A stretch of DNA of 64,000 bases from Candidatus Woesearchaeota archaeon (GCA_964514585.1 CAZETU010000005.1:10904-74903), one strand, 5' to 3'. Positions 1 to 10,727 are shown, numbered from the stretch's first letter. Notes: generated by a model from the letters alone, not told the origin. Made by a program: numbers and translations.

Positions 1-15
1 ATTACAAGTTACAAC

Positions 16-762
16 CTAATCATCAGGACAACTATCCCACATAAATTGAAAGAATTTTCTATAACCATCGGCTAATGCCTTGGATTTCATAACAAACATC
101 AACGGCTCATCATAAAGTTCTCCAGGCTTAACCCCAACAAAAGTAACCACATAAGGACCAAATATATCAACAGCAGTAGAGCTAGAATATTTCTTAGGCA
201 TAAATTTGTAAGGCTTCCCCGCCAATTTTAATATCTCCGGCTTTTCCTCCTTTATTTCATGATCAAATAAATGCTTAAACTTAATTCCCTTCGCCTTCCT
301 ATCTCTTTCAAACATTGGCAAAAAATGCTTCAATCTTTCATCCAACCAAAAAGCCTTAGCTCCAATAAAATAAACCGTTTCCCCAGTATCAATAATATCT
401 TTAAGGTAATTCTTAAACCCCTCAATCCCTCTATAAAAATAAGCCTCTTCTTTTGCCTGCGTTATCGAAAACTTACTCTCCATTTCAGGAATTTTTTCAT
501 TTATCTTTTCTTCTTTTTCTTTTATCAACTCCAATAGTCGTCGAGGATTTACCGCTTTAAACCTTTTTTCTCCTTTAATAAATATCTCCGAAGCAAGACC
601 TTTCTCTATCAACTTACTCAAGGAATCATAAACATTTCTCCTATGAACCCCCGACCTATTTGATATCGACTGAACAGATACTTCCCCAACTTTCAATAAG
701 GTTTCGTATACTTTTGCCTCATTGCTACTTAAGCCCGCCTCTTTCAATGTTTCTTCATACAT
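16..762 (-). CDS. TrmB-family transcriptional regulator
   Basis: N-terminal wHTH (GLSSNEAKVYETLL...GVHRRNVYDSLSKLIEKGL) followed by TrmB-like effector domain. Confidence 0.85.
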   Translation of the reverse strand: MYEETLKEAGLSSNEAKVYETLLKVGEVSVQSISNRSGVHRRNVYDSLSKLIEKGLASEIFIKGEKRFKAVNPRRLLELIKEKEEKINEKIPEMESKFSITQAKEEAYFYRGIEGFKNYLKDIIDTGETVYFIGAKAFWLDERLKHFLPMFERDRKAKGIKFKHLFDHEIKEEKPEILKLAGKPYKFMPKKYSSSTAVDIFGPYVVTFVGVKPGELYDEPLMFVMKSKALADGYRKFFQFMWDSCPDD

Positions 763-801
763 AAAATTACAAACAAAGCCCCACTTAAAAATATTTCTAT
801 T

Positions 802-823
802 GTGGTGGCAATAACCACCGCCA
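802..823. promoter_or_regulatory. GC-rich inverted repeat in divergent promoter region (candidate operator)
   Basis: GGTGG-CAATAA-CCACC at 804-819 in AT-rich intergenic DNA between trmB-like gene and RHH/symporter genes. Confidence 0.35.
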
Positions 824-855
824 TCCCTTATAAGAAAGTAATAATGTAATAATAT

Positions 856-1035
856 ATGGAAAACAAAAAATCCAATAGGAAAGAATGGAGTAGATTAGAT
901 TCAATCTCCTTTAGGGGAGAAAGAGAAGTCTGGAATAAATTTCTTTCAGTCATAAAAAGAAAAGGAAAAAAGAACGCCTGGGAAGTATTGGGCAAACTTG
1001 TTCAAGAATATCTAAAGATAGGAGCCAAAGAATAA
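856..1035 (+). CDS. Small ribbon-helix-helix-like protein (59 aa, not in ORF track)
   Basis: Translated by hand: MENKKSNRKEWSRLDSISFRGEREVWNKFLSVIKRKGKKNAWEVLGKLVQEYLKIGAKE; TAA abuts ATG of symporter. Confidence 0.65.
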   Translation: MENKKSNRKEWSRLDSISFRGEREVWNKFLSVIKRKGKKNAWEVLGKLVQEYLKIGAKE

Positions 1036-2460
1036 ATGGCATTTATATCACAATCAGCAGGCTATTGGTTTTTACTAATATTTGGACTAGTAATGATATT
1101 AGTCACATATTTTTTTAGTAGAAGGAAAAAGTCTTCCACAAAAGAAGGATTCTTAGTCGCAGGGAGAAAAGTCGGATGGTTTCTCGGAGGTTCAAGCATA
1201 GCAGCTTCTTGGATTTGGGCACCAGCTCTTTTCGTCTCAGTTCAACTAGCTTATCAAAAAGGCTTGGCGGGAATTTTCTGGTTTACAGTTCCTAATATAT
1301 TCGCCTTAGCCATATTCGCATTCCTAGCTCCAACAATCAGGAAAAAAATGCCAGAGGGATATACCTTACCACAATACATCAAATATAAACTCAACAGCGA
1401 GAAAGCCCACAAAGTCTACCTCTTCCCCTACCTCTTCTACCAACTCATGGCAGTCACCGTCCAAATCTTTGCAGGAGGAAGCTTAATTTATTTACTAACT
1501 GGTATACCCTTAATTATAGTCATGCCAATACTTTTAGTCATAGCCCTAGCATATACATATATCTCCGGGCTCGAAGCATCAATCATAACAGACTTTGTAC
1601 AAATGACACTAATCTTCATAATAGGATTAATAATTCTTCCACTAACATGGTCTGCAGCAGGAGGCTTCTCAGCAATAACCGCAGGCTTAGGTGGGCTATC
1701 AGGAATCAAAAATGTATTCGACCCAGGAATTGCATTCTCACTAGGAATAGTAACCTCAATAGGTTTAATCTCTGGAGCTATTTCAGACCAGCAATATTGG
1801 CAAAGAGCATTTTCAATAAAAAAAGGACATTTATCAAAAGCATTCATATTCGGAGCAATCCTATTCGAAATAGTCCCAATCGCATTATCCACTTTAGGAT
1901 TTTTAGGAGCAAACCCCGCTCTAGGGATCACCCTCCCAGAAGGAGTTGACGCCTCAATGATTGGAGTCCAAACAGTTGCTACATTACTACCCACTTGGGC
2001 AGTATTCTTATTCGTAATAATGTTACTAGCAGGATTGAGCTCAACTTTAGATTCAGGATTATCAGCCACAAGCTCATTATGGGTAACAGACGTCACCAAA
2101 CCAAAAACAGACAAAGAAGCAATCAGCTCAGCAAGAAAAGCAATGTTCGGAGTTTCTATTCTAGGACTATTAGTAGCACTAGCGGTTGTTTACATTCCGC
2201 AATTCGGGCTCTTCCATTTATGGTGGATATTCAATACAATAGCTGCCTGCGTCGTCATTCCTACAATACTAAGTCTATACTGGAACAGATTAAGCGCAAA
2301 AGGAGTTTTGTACGGCGTCCTAATAGCATTCTTCGTAGGACTACCCCTATTCATCTACGGAAACATAATCGCAAATGATTTTTGGATCGTAGGCTCGTCA
2401 TTATTCATAATCGCAGTAAGTACCCCATTCTGCTTATTGATACCTAAAAATAATTTCTAA
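1036..2460 (+). CDS. Sodium:solute symporter family (urea/polyamine DUR3-like) transporter
   Basis: ~13 hydrophobic segments; FLVAGRKVG, SIAASWIWA, ASIITDFVQ, AGLSSTLDS motifs. Confidence 0.85.
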   Translation: MAFISQSAGYWFLLIFGLVMILVTYFFSRRKKSSTKEGFLVAGRKVGWFLGGSSIAASWIWAPALFVSVQLAYQKGLAGIFWFTVPNIFALAIFAFLAPTIRKKMPEGYTLPQYIKYKLNSEKAHKVYLFPYLFYQLMAVTVQIFAGGSLIYLLTGIPLIIVMPILLVIALAYTYISGLEASIITDFVQMTLIFIIGLIILPLTWSAAGGFSAITAGLGGLSGIKNVFDPGIAFSLGIVTSIGLISGAISDQQYWQRAFSIKKGHLSKAFIFGAILFEIVPIALSTLGFLGANPALGITLPEGVDASMIGVQTVATLLPTWAVFLFVIMLLAGLSSTLDSGLSATSSLWVTDVTKPKTDKEAISSARKAMFGVSILGLLVALAVVYIPQFGLFHLWWIFNTIAACVVIPTILSLYWNRLSAKGVLYGVLIAFFVGLPLFIYGNIIANDFWIVGSSLFIIAVSTPFCLLIPKNNF

Positions 2461-2543
2461 AAAAGCAGCAGCGCAAGTTACGCAGGTTAAAGAGTAGACG
2501 CCCCAACCACAACGACTGGAGATGTGTGTCTTTGGTGGGCGGA

Positions 2544-3488
2544 TTATTTAGGGATAAACTTCATAAAGTCTTCAAGAGTAAATTTATCAAGTCTCATTAC
2601 AACTTCAGAGTTTCTTTTTATACCTTTTTTCATACTAGGAGTTTCTTTTGGATGACTCTTTAAGTGTTCTATATACCAAGACAATATTCCAAAAAGTCTG
2701 TATTTCGCTAGGTAATAAATTGCTTTTCTCTCTTCATTATTTAACGCGAAGTATTTTGAATATTCTTTTAGGAATATTTTAGCCTTCATTCTTTGAATTC
2801 TTTTTCTAGATAAGTAAAAATGTGCAATAAAGATTGCTGTATCATAGGCAATATAATCATAATCACTATCATCAAAATCTATTATGGATATTAGTTTCTT
2901 ATTTTTTACCAACATGTTACCTTCACTAAGGTCTGAATGAATATATGAACTTCTTAATTTACTAAAGTTTAGCCCATTTAAATTTTTCAAAAGTTCATTA
3001 TATATTCCTTGAATTTTTTCTCCATCCTTTATGCTCTTAAAACTTCTTTTTTTATAAGAATGAGATTTATTTCCTTTAGAATATTTAGATTTTACCAGAG
3101 TTGAATGTAACTTCCCTATTTGTTTTCCCATTTCAATTGAGAGAGGGATCCCCATATCTTGTGCACTTTTTCCTTCAATGTATCTTTGAATGATATAATA
3201 TTTCTTACGGTAAGGTATTAATTCATTTCCCTTCTTATTTTTGATATTTTTTGCTACGGGGATTTTCTTAGAGTATAAGAAGTCAATATATTCTAATTGG
3301 TTCAAATATGAATTTTTATTAATTTTTTTATTAATTTTTATTATATATTTACCTGTTGATGTATTTAGAATATACATATGATTATCATAAACTCCCTTCA
3401 TATATGAATGAGATTTATACCTCCCTATTTTATAATTAGAGAGAATATCTACTATCTCTTTTCTGTTTAATTTTGAAAAAATCACCAT
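2544..3488 (-). CDS. Phosphotransferase (APH / homoserine kinase type II-like)
   Basis: HSDLSEGN catalytic loop, IIDFDD metal-binding motif; AT-rich coding. Confidence 0.75.
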   Translation of the reverse strand: MVIFSKLNRKEIVDILSNYKIGRYKSHSYMKGVYDNHMYILNTSTGKYIIKINKKINKNSYLNQLEYIDFLYSKKIPVAKNIKNKKGNELIPYRKKYYIIQRYIEGKSAQDMGIPLSIEMGKQIGKLHSTLVKSKYSKGNKSHSYKKRSFKSIKDGEKIQGIYNELLKNLNGLNFSKLRSSYIHSDLSEGNMLVKNKKLISIIDFDDSDYDYIAYDTAIFIAHFYLSRKRIQRMKAKIFLKEYSKYFALNNEERKAIYYLAKYRLFGILSWYIEHLKSHPKETPSMKKGIKRNSEVVMRLDKFTLEDFMKFIPK

Positions 3489-3626
3489 TCAAATATTTAG
3501 GATTTAAGATATTTAAGATTATACATAAATGGAATATTCCAACCGTCGTTATTAAGCGTGTGTGATTTTGAAGGGTGGGCAGAATGGACAGTATCCAACC
3601 GATAATAACAAAAAATTAATTTCTAG

Positions 3627-4535
3627 TTATCCCCCAGTAGTATTAACAACCTCTCCACCAGAAACAACAAAAGTATTCTCTTCCTGACTAACCGGCGCCT
3701 TACTCTTCTCAATCAACATCGGATAATGATGAAGTATACCCTGCTTAACCAATATAGCCAAAACAAATTTCAATTTACTAAATCCCTCTTTCACCAACCA
3801 CCTCAAACAAAACGGCCGCGTCTTATACTTATCCTTAATAAATTTCAAAACTGCGCGAGCGTCCCTATCACGAACATTATCATCACTCTGCAAAACATAA
3901 ATCCCACCTTCCTTTCCCTCATAAATATCCCCATCCCCCGTCGTCACAAACGGCTCAATCGCAAAAGCCATATCATCCAATTTTGTCTTATTATCATTCC
4001 TATAATTAGAAATCGTCAACCCAGCATGAATCTGATCCTGTCCCAAAGTATGTCCCGACAAACTCTTAATCACAGCAAAAGAAGAACCATTCTTAGAATT
4101 CCATTTCTCCAAAACATCCTGAACAGCATCGCCAATCTCACAAATTTCAAACCCAGGTTTAATCACACCAGTAGCCCTAGCCAACATCTCCTTATTCAAT
4201 CCAATCATTTCCTTAAATTTCCCATCTCCAGTCAAGTCAATCGAAAAAGCCGTATCAGCAATAAACCCATCAACAGCAACCCCAACATCAACCTTAAGTA
4301 TACCCTCGGCCACAGTTTCATCCCCAGGCACAGGAGTATAATGCGCAGCAATTTCATTCAAACTCAAGTTCACAGGAAACGCCGGTTCACCTCCAAGCTC
4401 CAAAATCTTCGCGTCAACTGCCTCAGCCACATCAATCAACTTAACCCCAGGATTAACAATACCCCGAACAAAATCCTTGATATCTCTAGCAATTTTCCCA
4501 GCCTTAATATACGAATTAACTTCATTCTGTTGCAT
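3627..4535 (-). CDS. map: Methionine aminopeptidase, type II
   Basis: AFPVNLSLNEIAAHYTP, KVDVGVAVDGFIADTA, GH, AIEPFVT, EENT motifs. Confidence 0.93.
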   Translation of the reverse strand: MQQNEVNSYIKAGKIARDIKDFVRGIVNPGVKLIDVAEAVDAKILELGGEPAFPVNLSLNEIAAHYTPVPGDETVAEGILKVDVGVAVDGFIADTAFSIDLTGDGKFKEMIGLNKEMLARATGVIKPGFEICEIGDAVQDVLEKWNSKNGSSFAVIKSLSGHTLGQDQIHAGLTISNYRNDNKTKLDDMAFAIEPFVTTGDGDIYEGKEGGIYVLQSDDNVRDRDARAVLKFIKDKYKTRPFCLRWLVKEGFSKLKFVLAILVKQGILHHYPMLIEKSKAPVSQEENTFVVSGGEVVNTTGG

Positions 4536-5196
4536 GTTCTCCTCCTATATTTACACCATTCAAAGTAATAATATCTTCCACCGCTCTTCTAACACGCCTA
4601 GCCGCAGCTTCTCCAGCATTGCCAAACATAGTTCTACCAGCACCAAGAGGAACCATTCGAACCAAATAAGACCCGGAATCAATCGAAGACGCATAAGAAG
4701 AGGGCAAAGCACTAACAAACAAATCACACCTTTCTCTAGAGACCTCATACTCTTCACTTGTATCAAAACCATCTCCCATAGTAACAGATCTAACTAAATG
4801 ACACAACCCCACATCATCTAAGGAACACCTCCTAGAAAAATTTACTGTACGATAAACTTCCCTACCCCTAGATACAACAGCTATAGGAGCTCTCTCAAGT
4901 TGCTTATCTGCCCTCGCCATAATAGGAAGCCCAAGCTCAAGAATAACATCGTTAGGAATATAAGTCGCCAAAACATCCTGTTCCATCTTCGCAGCCGCCG
5001 TTTTAATTAAAGTACGAAAAAGATCCCCATACCCCGTTCTAAGCTCTCGTAACCTTTCCTCAGTCGACCTTCTTAATGGCCCACCTATATCTGCATTAAT
5101 TATTTTCTCATTATGGAATCTCGCATCCATCTCATCCAACTCACGCTCCGCTAAAAATTCTATTACATAGCTCCTAATCCTTTTCCCAATACCCAT
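4522..5196 (-). CDS. Hypothetical protein
   Basis: 224-aa ORF co-directional with and overlapping map; no recognised motif. Confidence 0.6.
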   Translation of the reverse strand: MGIGKRIRSYVIEFLAERELDEMDARFHNEKIINADIGGPLRRSTEERLRELRTGYGDLFRTLIKTAAAKMEQDVLATYIPNDVILELGLPIMARADKQLERAPIAVVSRGREVYRTVNFSRRCSLDDVGLCHLVRSVTMGDGFDTSEEYEVSRERCDLFVSALPSSYASSIDSGSYLVRMVPLGAGRTMFGNAGEAAARRVRRAVEDIITLNGVNIGGEHATE

Positions 5197-5256
5197 AAAA
5201 TTTCCACAAAAACAAATTATTTATACATTCCTATAAGTCTCTAAAGCAATCTCACA

Positions 5257-6225
5257 CTAACGAAACAACTCACTAACACTCCGCCCATGAGAAATCCGCC
5301 CAATCGCATCAGCAAACAAACCCACCAAAGAAATAACCTCAATTTTCCCAGTACCTATTTGCGGAATCGAATCAGTAACAATCACTCTCTCAAAACAAGA
5401 AGAACTAATTCTATTAACAGCTTCCCCACTAAAAAGCCCATGCGTCGCACAAGCCCAAATCCGCAAAGCCCCTTCCTCCTTCAAAACCTCTCCAGCCTTA
5501 CAAAGCGTCCCAGCCGTATCAATCATATCATCAACCAAAATCACATTTTTTCCAGCAACGTCCCCAATCACCTTCATAGACCCAACAACCCCAGCCCTCT
5601 CCCTCGACTTATCAACAATCGCAACACCACATCCTAGCCGCTTCGCATAACTCTTCGCCATCTCCGCACTCCCAACATCCGGTGCAACAATGACAACATT
5701 GTTCAAAAAATTACTATACTTATCCTGAAGATATCCAATAATCGACAAATAAGCTCTCAAATTATCAAAAGGAATATCATAAGAACCCGTAATCGCAGGA
5801 TTATGCAAATCAGTCGTAATCACTCCATTACATTCCATCCCAATCATCCGCGCAATAATCCCAGAACTAATCGGTGTCCTAGGCTCAGTCATCCGGTCCT
5901 GCCTCGAATACTTCATATAAGGCAAAACATTATGTACCTCCCTCGCAGAACTCCGAACCAACGCATCATTCACCTCGACAAGCGACATCGCCCAATCCTG
6001 CGCCCCCATCGACGAATCATGCACAAAAAAACAATTTTTATTCCGAACATTACAATCAATCTTCACAAAAATCTCACCATCATTAAATTTCCTAACATCA
6101 ACATGTCCCAAAAGATATTTCACTCGACGATTCGGATCAGCATTCAATTTCTCATAAACACTCTTCGTAAAATCCCAAGCCGCCCCATTAGGATCAGCCA
6201 AAATCAACACCTCGCGTGTATCCAT
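5257..6225 (-). CDS. prs: Ribose-phosphate pyrophosphokinase
   Basis: FNDGEIFV, PYMKYSRQDR, DLH, VAPDVG, VDDMIDTAGT, THGLFS. Confidence 0.95.
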   Translation of the reverse strand: MDTREVLILADPNGAAWDFTKSVYEKLNADPNRRVKYLLGHVDVRKFNDGEIFVKIDCNVRNKNCFFVHDSSMGAQDWAMSLVEVNDALVRSSAREVHNVLPYMKYSRQDRMTEPRTPISSGIIARMIGMECNGVITTDLHNPAITGSYDIPFDNLRAYLSIIGYLQDKYSNFLNNVVIVAPDVGSAEMAKSYAKRLGCGVAIVDKSRERAGVVGSMKVIGDVAGKNVILVDDMIDTAGTLCKAGEVLKEEGALRIWACATHGLFSGEAVNRISSSCFERVIVTDSIPQIGTGKIEVISLVGLFADAIGRISHGRSVSELFR

Positions 6226-6281
6226 ACCTTTAAACCAAAAATACCATATTTAAGTTTTATCAATCTCAATCATACATCTCA

Positions 6282-6695
6282 TTATTCTCTTTCACTAAAC
6301 CCAGTTTCACGAATTGCCGCCCTAAGTAACTCCAAATCCTTTTCTTCTATACCCCTGGAATCATAAAAAAGAGACAACTCAGCATTCCACTCAAACGAAT
6401 TCAATCCAACATGATATCTAACCCCACACATTTTTATTAAAACTTCTGAGGCGAAAATTTTATTGATATCACAAGAATACATTGAAGCATCATGGGTAAT
6501 ATGAAAATCACTAAGGACACTTCCCTCCTCGCTTTCAGAGACTACATTAAATTTACATTCATTCCCAATAGCTCTTCCAATTCTTCTTGGAAATGGATTT
6601 CCTTCATAAGAGCGAAAATCAGCCTTAACCCCCTTTACTGAATATGTCTCTATAACTAAATTAGAATTTTCAGGTCTACTACTTCTCAATGTCAT
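6282..6695 (-). CDS. Hypothetical protein
   Basis: 137-aa ORF filling intergenic space. Confidence 0.5.
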   Translation of the reverse strand: MTLRSSRPENSNLVIETYSVKGVKADFRSYEGNPFPRRIGRAIGNECKFNVVSESEEGSVLSDFHITHDASMYSCDINKIFASEVLIKMCGVRYHVGLNSFEWNAELSLFYDSRGIEEKDLELLRAAIRETGFSERE

Positions 6696-6739
6696 AAAAA
6701 ATCAACCATATCTCCATTTATAAAAATTATTGTATTACA

Positions 6740-7246
6740 CTATATAATCCGCTCTTTCCGCCGTCTTTCCTTAGGCAAAAACCCAAACAACGTTTTTCCA
6801 GAATCCCCAATCTTCCCAGTCCCAACAAAATCTTTCCCAGACTTCACATTAACAAATTTCTTATCCATCCTAACAAACTCCTCACTCTGTTTCTCATTCA
6901 ACTCAACATTCTTTCCAGCAAACCAAGCAACCTCTTGTTCCTCCGTCAATTCCAAAACATTCTCCGTCAACTGATCTTTCCAAACATGCATCCCATCCAA
7001 ACTCAACCGAACCTCACGAACCCCATTCCGATTCACCATATCCTTCCCAACATAAAGCCCAACACCCTCAATCGGCAAAATTCTCCAAATATCCCAAATC
7101 TCCTCCGTCGACAAATGTCCAGAATACGCCCGAACCCTTTCGGTCCCAGTCTTAATTAACAACTCAGGAATCTTCCGCATCCCCAAATCACTAAGTCCCT
7201 CAATAAACTTTTTCTTCTTCGCCCTATCTAAAATATTTATCTTCAT
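6740..7246 (-). CDS. NIP7/PUA-like RNA-binding protein associated with NOP2-type methyltransferase
   Basis: EGVGLYVG, RLSLDG, LTEEQEVAWFAGKNV, DFVGTGK pattern; co-operonic with m5C methyltransferase. Confidence 0.55.
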   Translation of the reverse strand: MKINILDRAKKKKFIEGLSDLGMRKIPELLIKTGTERVRAYSGHLSTEEIWDIWRILPIEGVGLYVGKDMVNRNGVREVRLSLDGMHVWKDQLTENVLELTEEQEVAWFAGKNVELNEKQSEEFVRMDKKFVNVKSGKDFVGTGKIGDSGKTLFGFLPKERRRKERII

Positions 7247-7677
7247 ATCAGCTTACTCTCCTTAGCATCCCTAATTAGTTTCGAAGACGCCTGAATCTTA
7301 TCACCAAGTCCATCTATAATTTTAATACCATGCAATTCACAAACTACATCTTCAGGAATATTACCAACATTCCTATCTCCACCCTTCGCAAAAATATGAG
7401 GCTTAATAACAGCCAAAGATTTACAAACAGTAGCATCTTCATCAATACATTCAAAAACCTCGTCGACGACACCCAAAGATTCAACAATCTTAACTCTCTC
7501 CTTAAACGGCATAAACTCAACCCCTTTTTTCAAAATGGCCTGTTTATCATTATTCACAATAACAATCAACTTATCCCCAAGTTCCTTAGCTAACTCCAAA
7601 CACTCAATATGTCCAACATGCAACGGGTCAAAATATCCCGACGCAACAACAATTATTTCTTTCCTTTCTTCTTCCAT
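7243..7677 (-). CDS. Cytidylyltransferase/adenylyltransferase family protein (HxGH)
   Basis: SGYFDPLHVGH, IVNND, KGGDR motifs. Confidence 0.85.
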   Translation of the reverse strand: MEEERKEIIVVASGYFDPLHVGHIECLELAKELGDKLIVIVNNDKQAILKKGVEFMPFKERVKIVESLGVVDEVFECIDEDATVCKSLAVIKPHIFAKGGDRNVGNIPEDVVCELHGIKIIDGLGDKIQASSKLIRDAKESKLI

Positions 7678-8687
7678 TCATCCACCTCCCTTTCTTCCTC
7701 GCTAACCTTCCTAATCTTTGCAACAAAAAATCCATCAGTATTATTGTCCTGAGGATACAGCCTCAAGCATTTTTTACACTCCCCACTAAATTCCTTATCT
7801 TCCCACTTAACCACACCCTCACGAAATTTCAAAGGCAACTTAATCTGCTCAACCTCAACATCAAAATTCTTAATCAAGTGATCAACCACCATCTCGTCCT
7901 CTTCTGGCGCCAAAGTACAAGTTGAATAAATCATCTCACCACCAACCTTCAAAAGTTTCATAGCAGCCTCGACCAACTTCCTCTGAGTCGATGCAATTTT
8001 CTTAACCATATTCACATTCCACATCTGAAAAGTCCTAGGGCTTTTCCTCAACGTCCCCTCTCCAGAACACGGCGCATCAACCAAAATTTTATCAAACTTC
8101 ACCTGAGATTTTTTCAACAACCTCTCACAAAGCGCGACCCCTTCCTTCCGCGTCACAATCGTATTCATAACCCCACACCTCTCCAAATTAGAATTCAGTA
8201 TACCAATCCTCCCCATGTTCATCTCATTCGCAATAATCGTCCCACCATTCTCCATCATAGCAGCAGCCTGCGTCGTCTTACTCCCCGGACTCGCACATAA
8301 ATCCAAAACCATCTCCTCAGCTTTCGGCTTCAAAACCAACATCGGCAACATCGAACTAATTTCCTGAACATAATAATACCCAAGCAAATGCTCCTTCGTC
8401 TTCCCCAACTCACCAGGATTCAACTTCGACTCAATAACCATCACCTCAGGAAATTCCTCAAACGGCTGCCGCAACTTCCACCCATAGCCCTCAAGTCTAG
8501 ACTTCAATTCATCAACAGAAATTTTCAAAGTATTGCATCTAATTGAAATAGGCGTCGGCGTATAAGAAATCTCAAAAAATTCTTTAGCACCATCTTTGCC
8601 CAACAAAACTTCCATCCTCTGAACAAACCCTTCCTTCGGCGGAAATTTCTCTTTCAAATATTCAGAATAATCCTTTCTCTTATCCAT
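7653..8687 (-). CDS. RsmB/NOP2/NSUN RNA m5C methyltransferase
   Basis: YYVQEISSM, VLDLCASPGSKT, LVDAPCSGEG, YSTCT motifs; start placed at MDKRK. Confidence 0.93.
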   Translation of the reverse strand: MDKRKDYSEYLKEKFPPKEGFVQRMEVLLGKDGAKEFFEISYTPTPISIRCNTLKISVDELKSRLEGYGWKLRQPFEEFPEVMVIESKLNPGELGKTKEHLLGYYYVQEISSMLPMLVLKPKAEEMVLDLCASPGSKTTQAAAMMENGGTIIANEMNMGRIGILNSNLERCGVMNTIVTRKEGVALCERLLKKSQVKFDKILVDAPCSGEGTLRKSPRTFQMWNVNMVKKIASTQRKLVEAAMKLLKVGGEMIYSTCTLAPEEDEMVVDHLIKNFDVEVEQIKLPLKFREGVVKWEDKEFSGECKKCLRLYPQDNNTDGFFVAKIRKVSEEEREVDEWKKKGKK

Positions 8688-8812
8688 AATAAAATTTAGA
8701 AATGAAGGTATATATTTCTGTTGTTCCATTAATTATGAATACATGCCCAAAACTAAACATTTAAATAGTTTAATGCATATATATTCATAACTAAACATGG
8801 AGGAAAAATACA

Positions 8813-8995
8813 ATGCCAAATAGAGACAAAACAGGTCCAGAGGGAAAAGGACCTAAGACTGGACGACAGATGGGCGACTGCGAAGGTGCAGAACCTACTG
8901 GCGAAGAATTCGGACCAGGTGTAGGACTCGGAAGAGGCTTAGGTAGAGGCGCTGGAAGAGGCGCTGGCCGTGGACGAAGAGCAAGACAAAACTAA
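8813..8995 (+). CDS. DUF5320-like Gly/Arg-rich small protein
   Basis: MPNRDKTGPEGKGPKTGRQMGDC N-terminus and GRG repeats. Confidence 0.8.
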   Translation: MPNRDKTGPEGKGPKTGRQMGDCEGAEPTGEEFGPGVGLGRGLGRGAGRGAGRGRRARQN

Positions 8996-8996
8996 A

Positions 8997-9272
8997 ATGC
9001 CTAGACCACATAAAAGAAGAATAGTTCGAGGTAGACCTAACTCTTCTTACTTTAAACCTGCAGGGATAAGAATGTTTGACTTAGAAGAGTCTGAAATATC
9101 TCTGCCAGAGTTTGAAGCAATAAGATTAATTGATTTTGAAAGAATTTCTCAAGCAAAAGCAGGAGAAAGAATGCAAGTATCTCAATCTACATTATCTAGA
9201 ATATTATCTTCTGGTAGAAGAAAGATAGCAGATGCGATAATTAACGGGAAGGCAATTAAAATAAAAAAATGA
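8997..9272 (+). CDS. DUF134 family putative DNA-binding protein
   Basis: MPRP...YFKPAG, EFEAIRLID, MQVSQSTLSRILSSGRRKIADAIINGKAI. Confidence 0.88.
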   Translation: MPRPHKRRIVRGRPNSSYFKPAGIRMFDLEESEISLPEFEAIRLIDFERISQAKAGERMQVSQSTLSRILSSGRRKIADAIINGKAIKIKK

Positions 9273-10612
9273 AAAATAAATATGATATAATAATTATTGG
9301 AGGAGGTCCAGGCGGAGTTATCTCTGCAGTTACTTCAAGAATGTATAATCCAGATAAAAATATTTTGTTGATTAAAGATATTTCTCAGGGGGTTATACCG
9401 TGTGGAATCCCCTATATGTTTACTACCCTGAAAAGTCCGGAAGATAATGCTATGGGAAATATGCCTTTGGATAAAAATAAAATTGATTTGAAAATAGATA
9501 AGGTTGTTAAAATAAATAAAAAAGAAAAGCAGATATTTACTGAGAATAATTCTTGTATTAAGTACGATAAGCTTGTTCTGGCGATAGGGTCCAATCCAAT
9601 AATTCCACGGATAAAAGGAATAGAAAAGAAAGGAGTTTATCCAATATATAAAGAAATGAATTATCTTAAAGATTTTAAGAATAGAGTAAAAAAATCTAAA
9701 AATATTGTGATTATCGGTGGAGGTTTTATTGGAGTAGAATTTGCAGATGAATTATCTAATCTCAAAAATGCGAATATTAGTTTAGTTGAATTATTACCTG
9801 AGATATTGGGTAATTCTTTTGATAAGGAATTTTCGGAAAAAGTAGGTAAAGAACTCTTAGGAAAGGGTGTTAAAATTTATAATAATTTAAGTGTAAAAGA
9901 AATCAGAGGGAATAAGAAAGTAGAATCGGTTTTGCTTTCTAATGGAAAATCAATTTCAGCCGATTTAATAGTTCTTGGAATTGGATCAAATTCTAATGTG
10001 AATTTAGCAAGTGAATCAAAATTAAAAATAATTAAAAATAGTATTTTGGTTGACAAATATCTTCAAACTTCTGATAAAAATATATTTGCTATTGGGGATT
10101 GTGCTACGAAAAAAGATTTCTTTAGTAAAAATAAAATAAATGCAATGCTTGCATCTACTGCAACAACAGAAGCAAGAATTGCAGGATATAATTTGTTTAG
10201 TAAAAATTTACAAGAAAATAAAGGAACTCTCGCTTCTTATTCTACAAAAATTGGGAAATTGGTATTAGGCTCTACAGGCGTCAGTGAAAAAACAGCTGAG
10301 AAAAGGAATATGGAAGTAATTTCAGGAGTAGCTCAAACTGCTGATAAGCATCCAGGAAAACTTCCAAATACATCTTTGATAAATATTAAATTAATATTTT
10401 CAAAAAAAGATAAAATTCTTCTGGGAGGACAAGTCATGGGTGGAGATTCTGTTGGCGAAATGATTAATATAATTAGTGCTGCTATTCAGAAAAAATTTAC
10501 GATTAAGGAATTAGAGAGTTTGCAAATAGCAACTCATCCTAAACTGACTGCTGCGCCTACAACTTATCCAATAATAAATGCTGCACAGAATGCATTACAA
10601 AAAATAAAATGA
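9269..10612 (+). CDS. FAD-dependent pyridine nucleotide-disulfide oxidoreductase (NADH oxidase/CoA-disulfide reductase family)
   Basis: IIGGGPGG, redox Cys in PCGIPY, IIGGGFIGVE, FAIGDC, C-terminal dimerisation domain. Confidence 0.88.
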   Translation: MKNKYDIIIIGGGPGGVISAVTSRMYNPDKNILLIKDISQGVIPCGIPYMFTTLKSPEDNAMGNMPLDKNKIDLKIDKVVKINKKEKQIFTENNSCIKYDKLVLAIGSNPIIPRIKGIEKKGVYPIYKEMNYLKDFKNRVKKSKNIVIIGGGFIGVEFADELSNLKNANISLVELLPEILGNSFDKEFSEKVGKELLGKGVKIYNNLSVKEIRGNKKVESVLLSNGKSISADLIVLGIGSNSNVNLASESKLKIIKNSILVDKYLQTSDKNIFAIGDCATKKDFFSKNKINAMLASTATTEARIAGYNLFSKNLQENKGTLASYSTKIGKLVLGSTGVSEKTAEKRNMEVISGVAQTADKHPGKLPNTSLINIKLIFSKKDKILLGGQVMGGDSVGEMINIISAAIQKKFTIKELESLQIATHPKLTAAPTTYPIINAAQNALQKIK

Positions 10613-10727
10613 AAATTCTAATAAAAAATTTATTGATTAGAAAAGTTATAGGCATGGTTGGTATAGGTTGTTATTTTAATAAAGATAAAAAAAGTGTTTA
10701 TAATTTTATTAACCCAGGAGGGAAAGA

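Noticed and set aside
2497-3585. Similar GC-rich patches (CCAACC..GTGTGT..GTGGGC) on both sides of the AT-rich phosphotransferase gene as cassette recombination sites
   Set aside because: Similarity is short and gapped; the downstream patch is adequately explained as a hairpin between convergent genes
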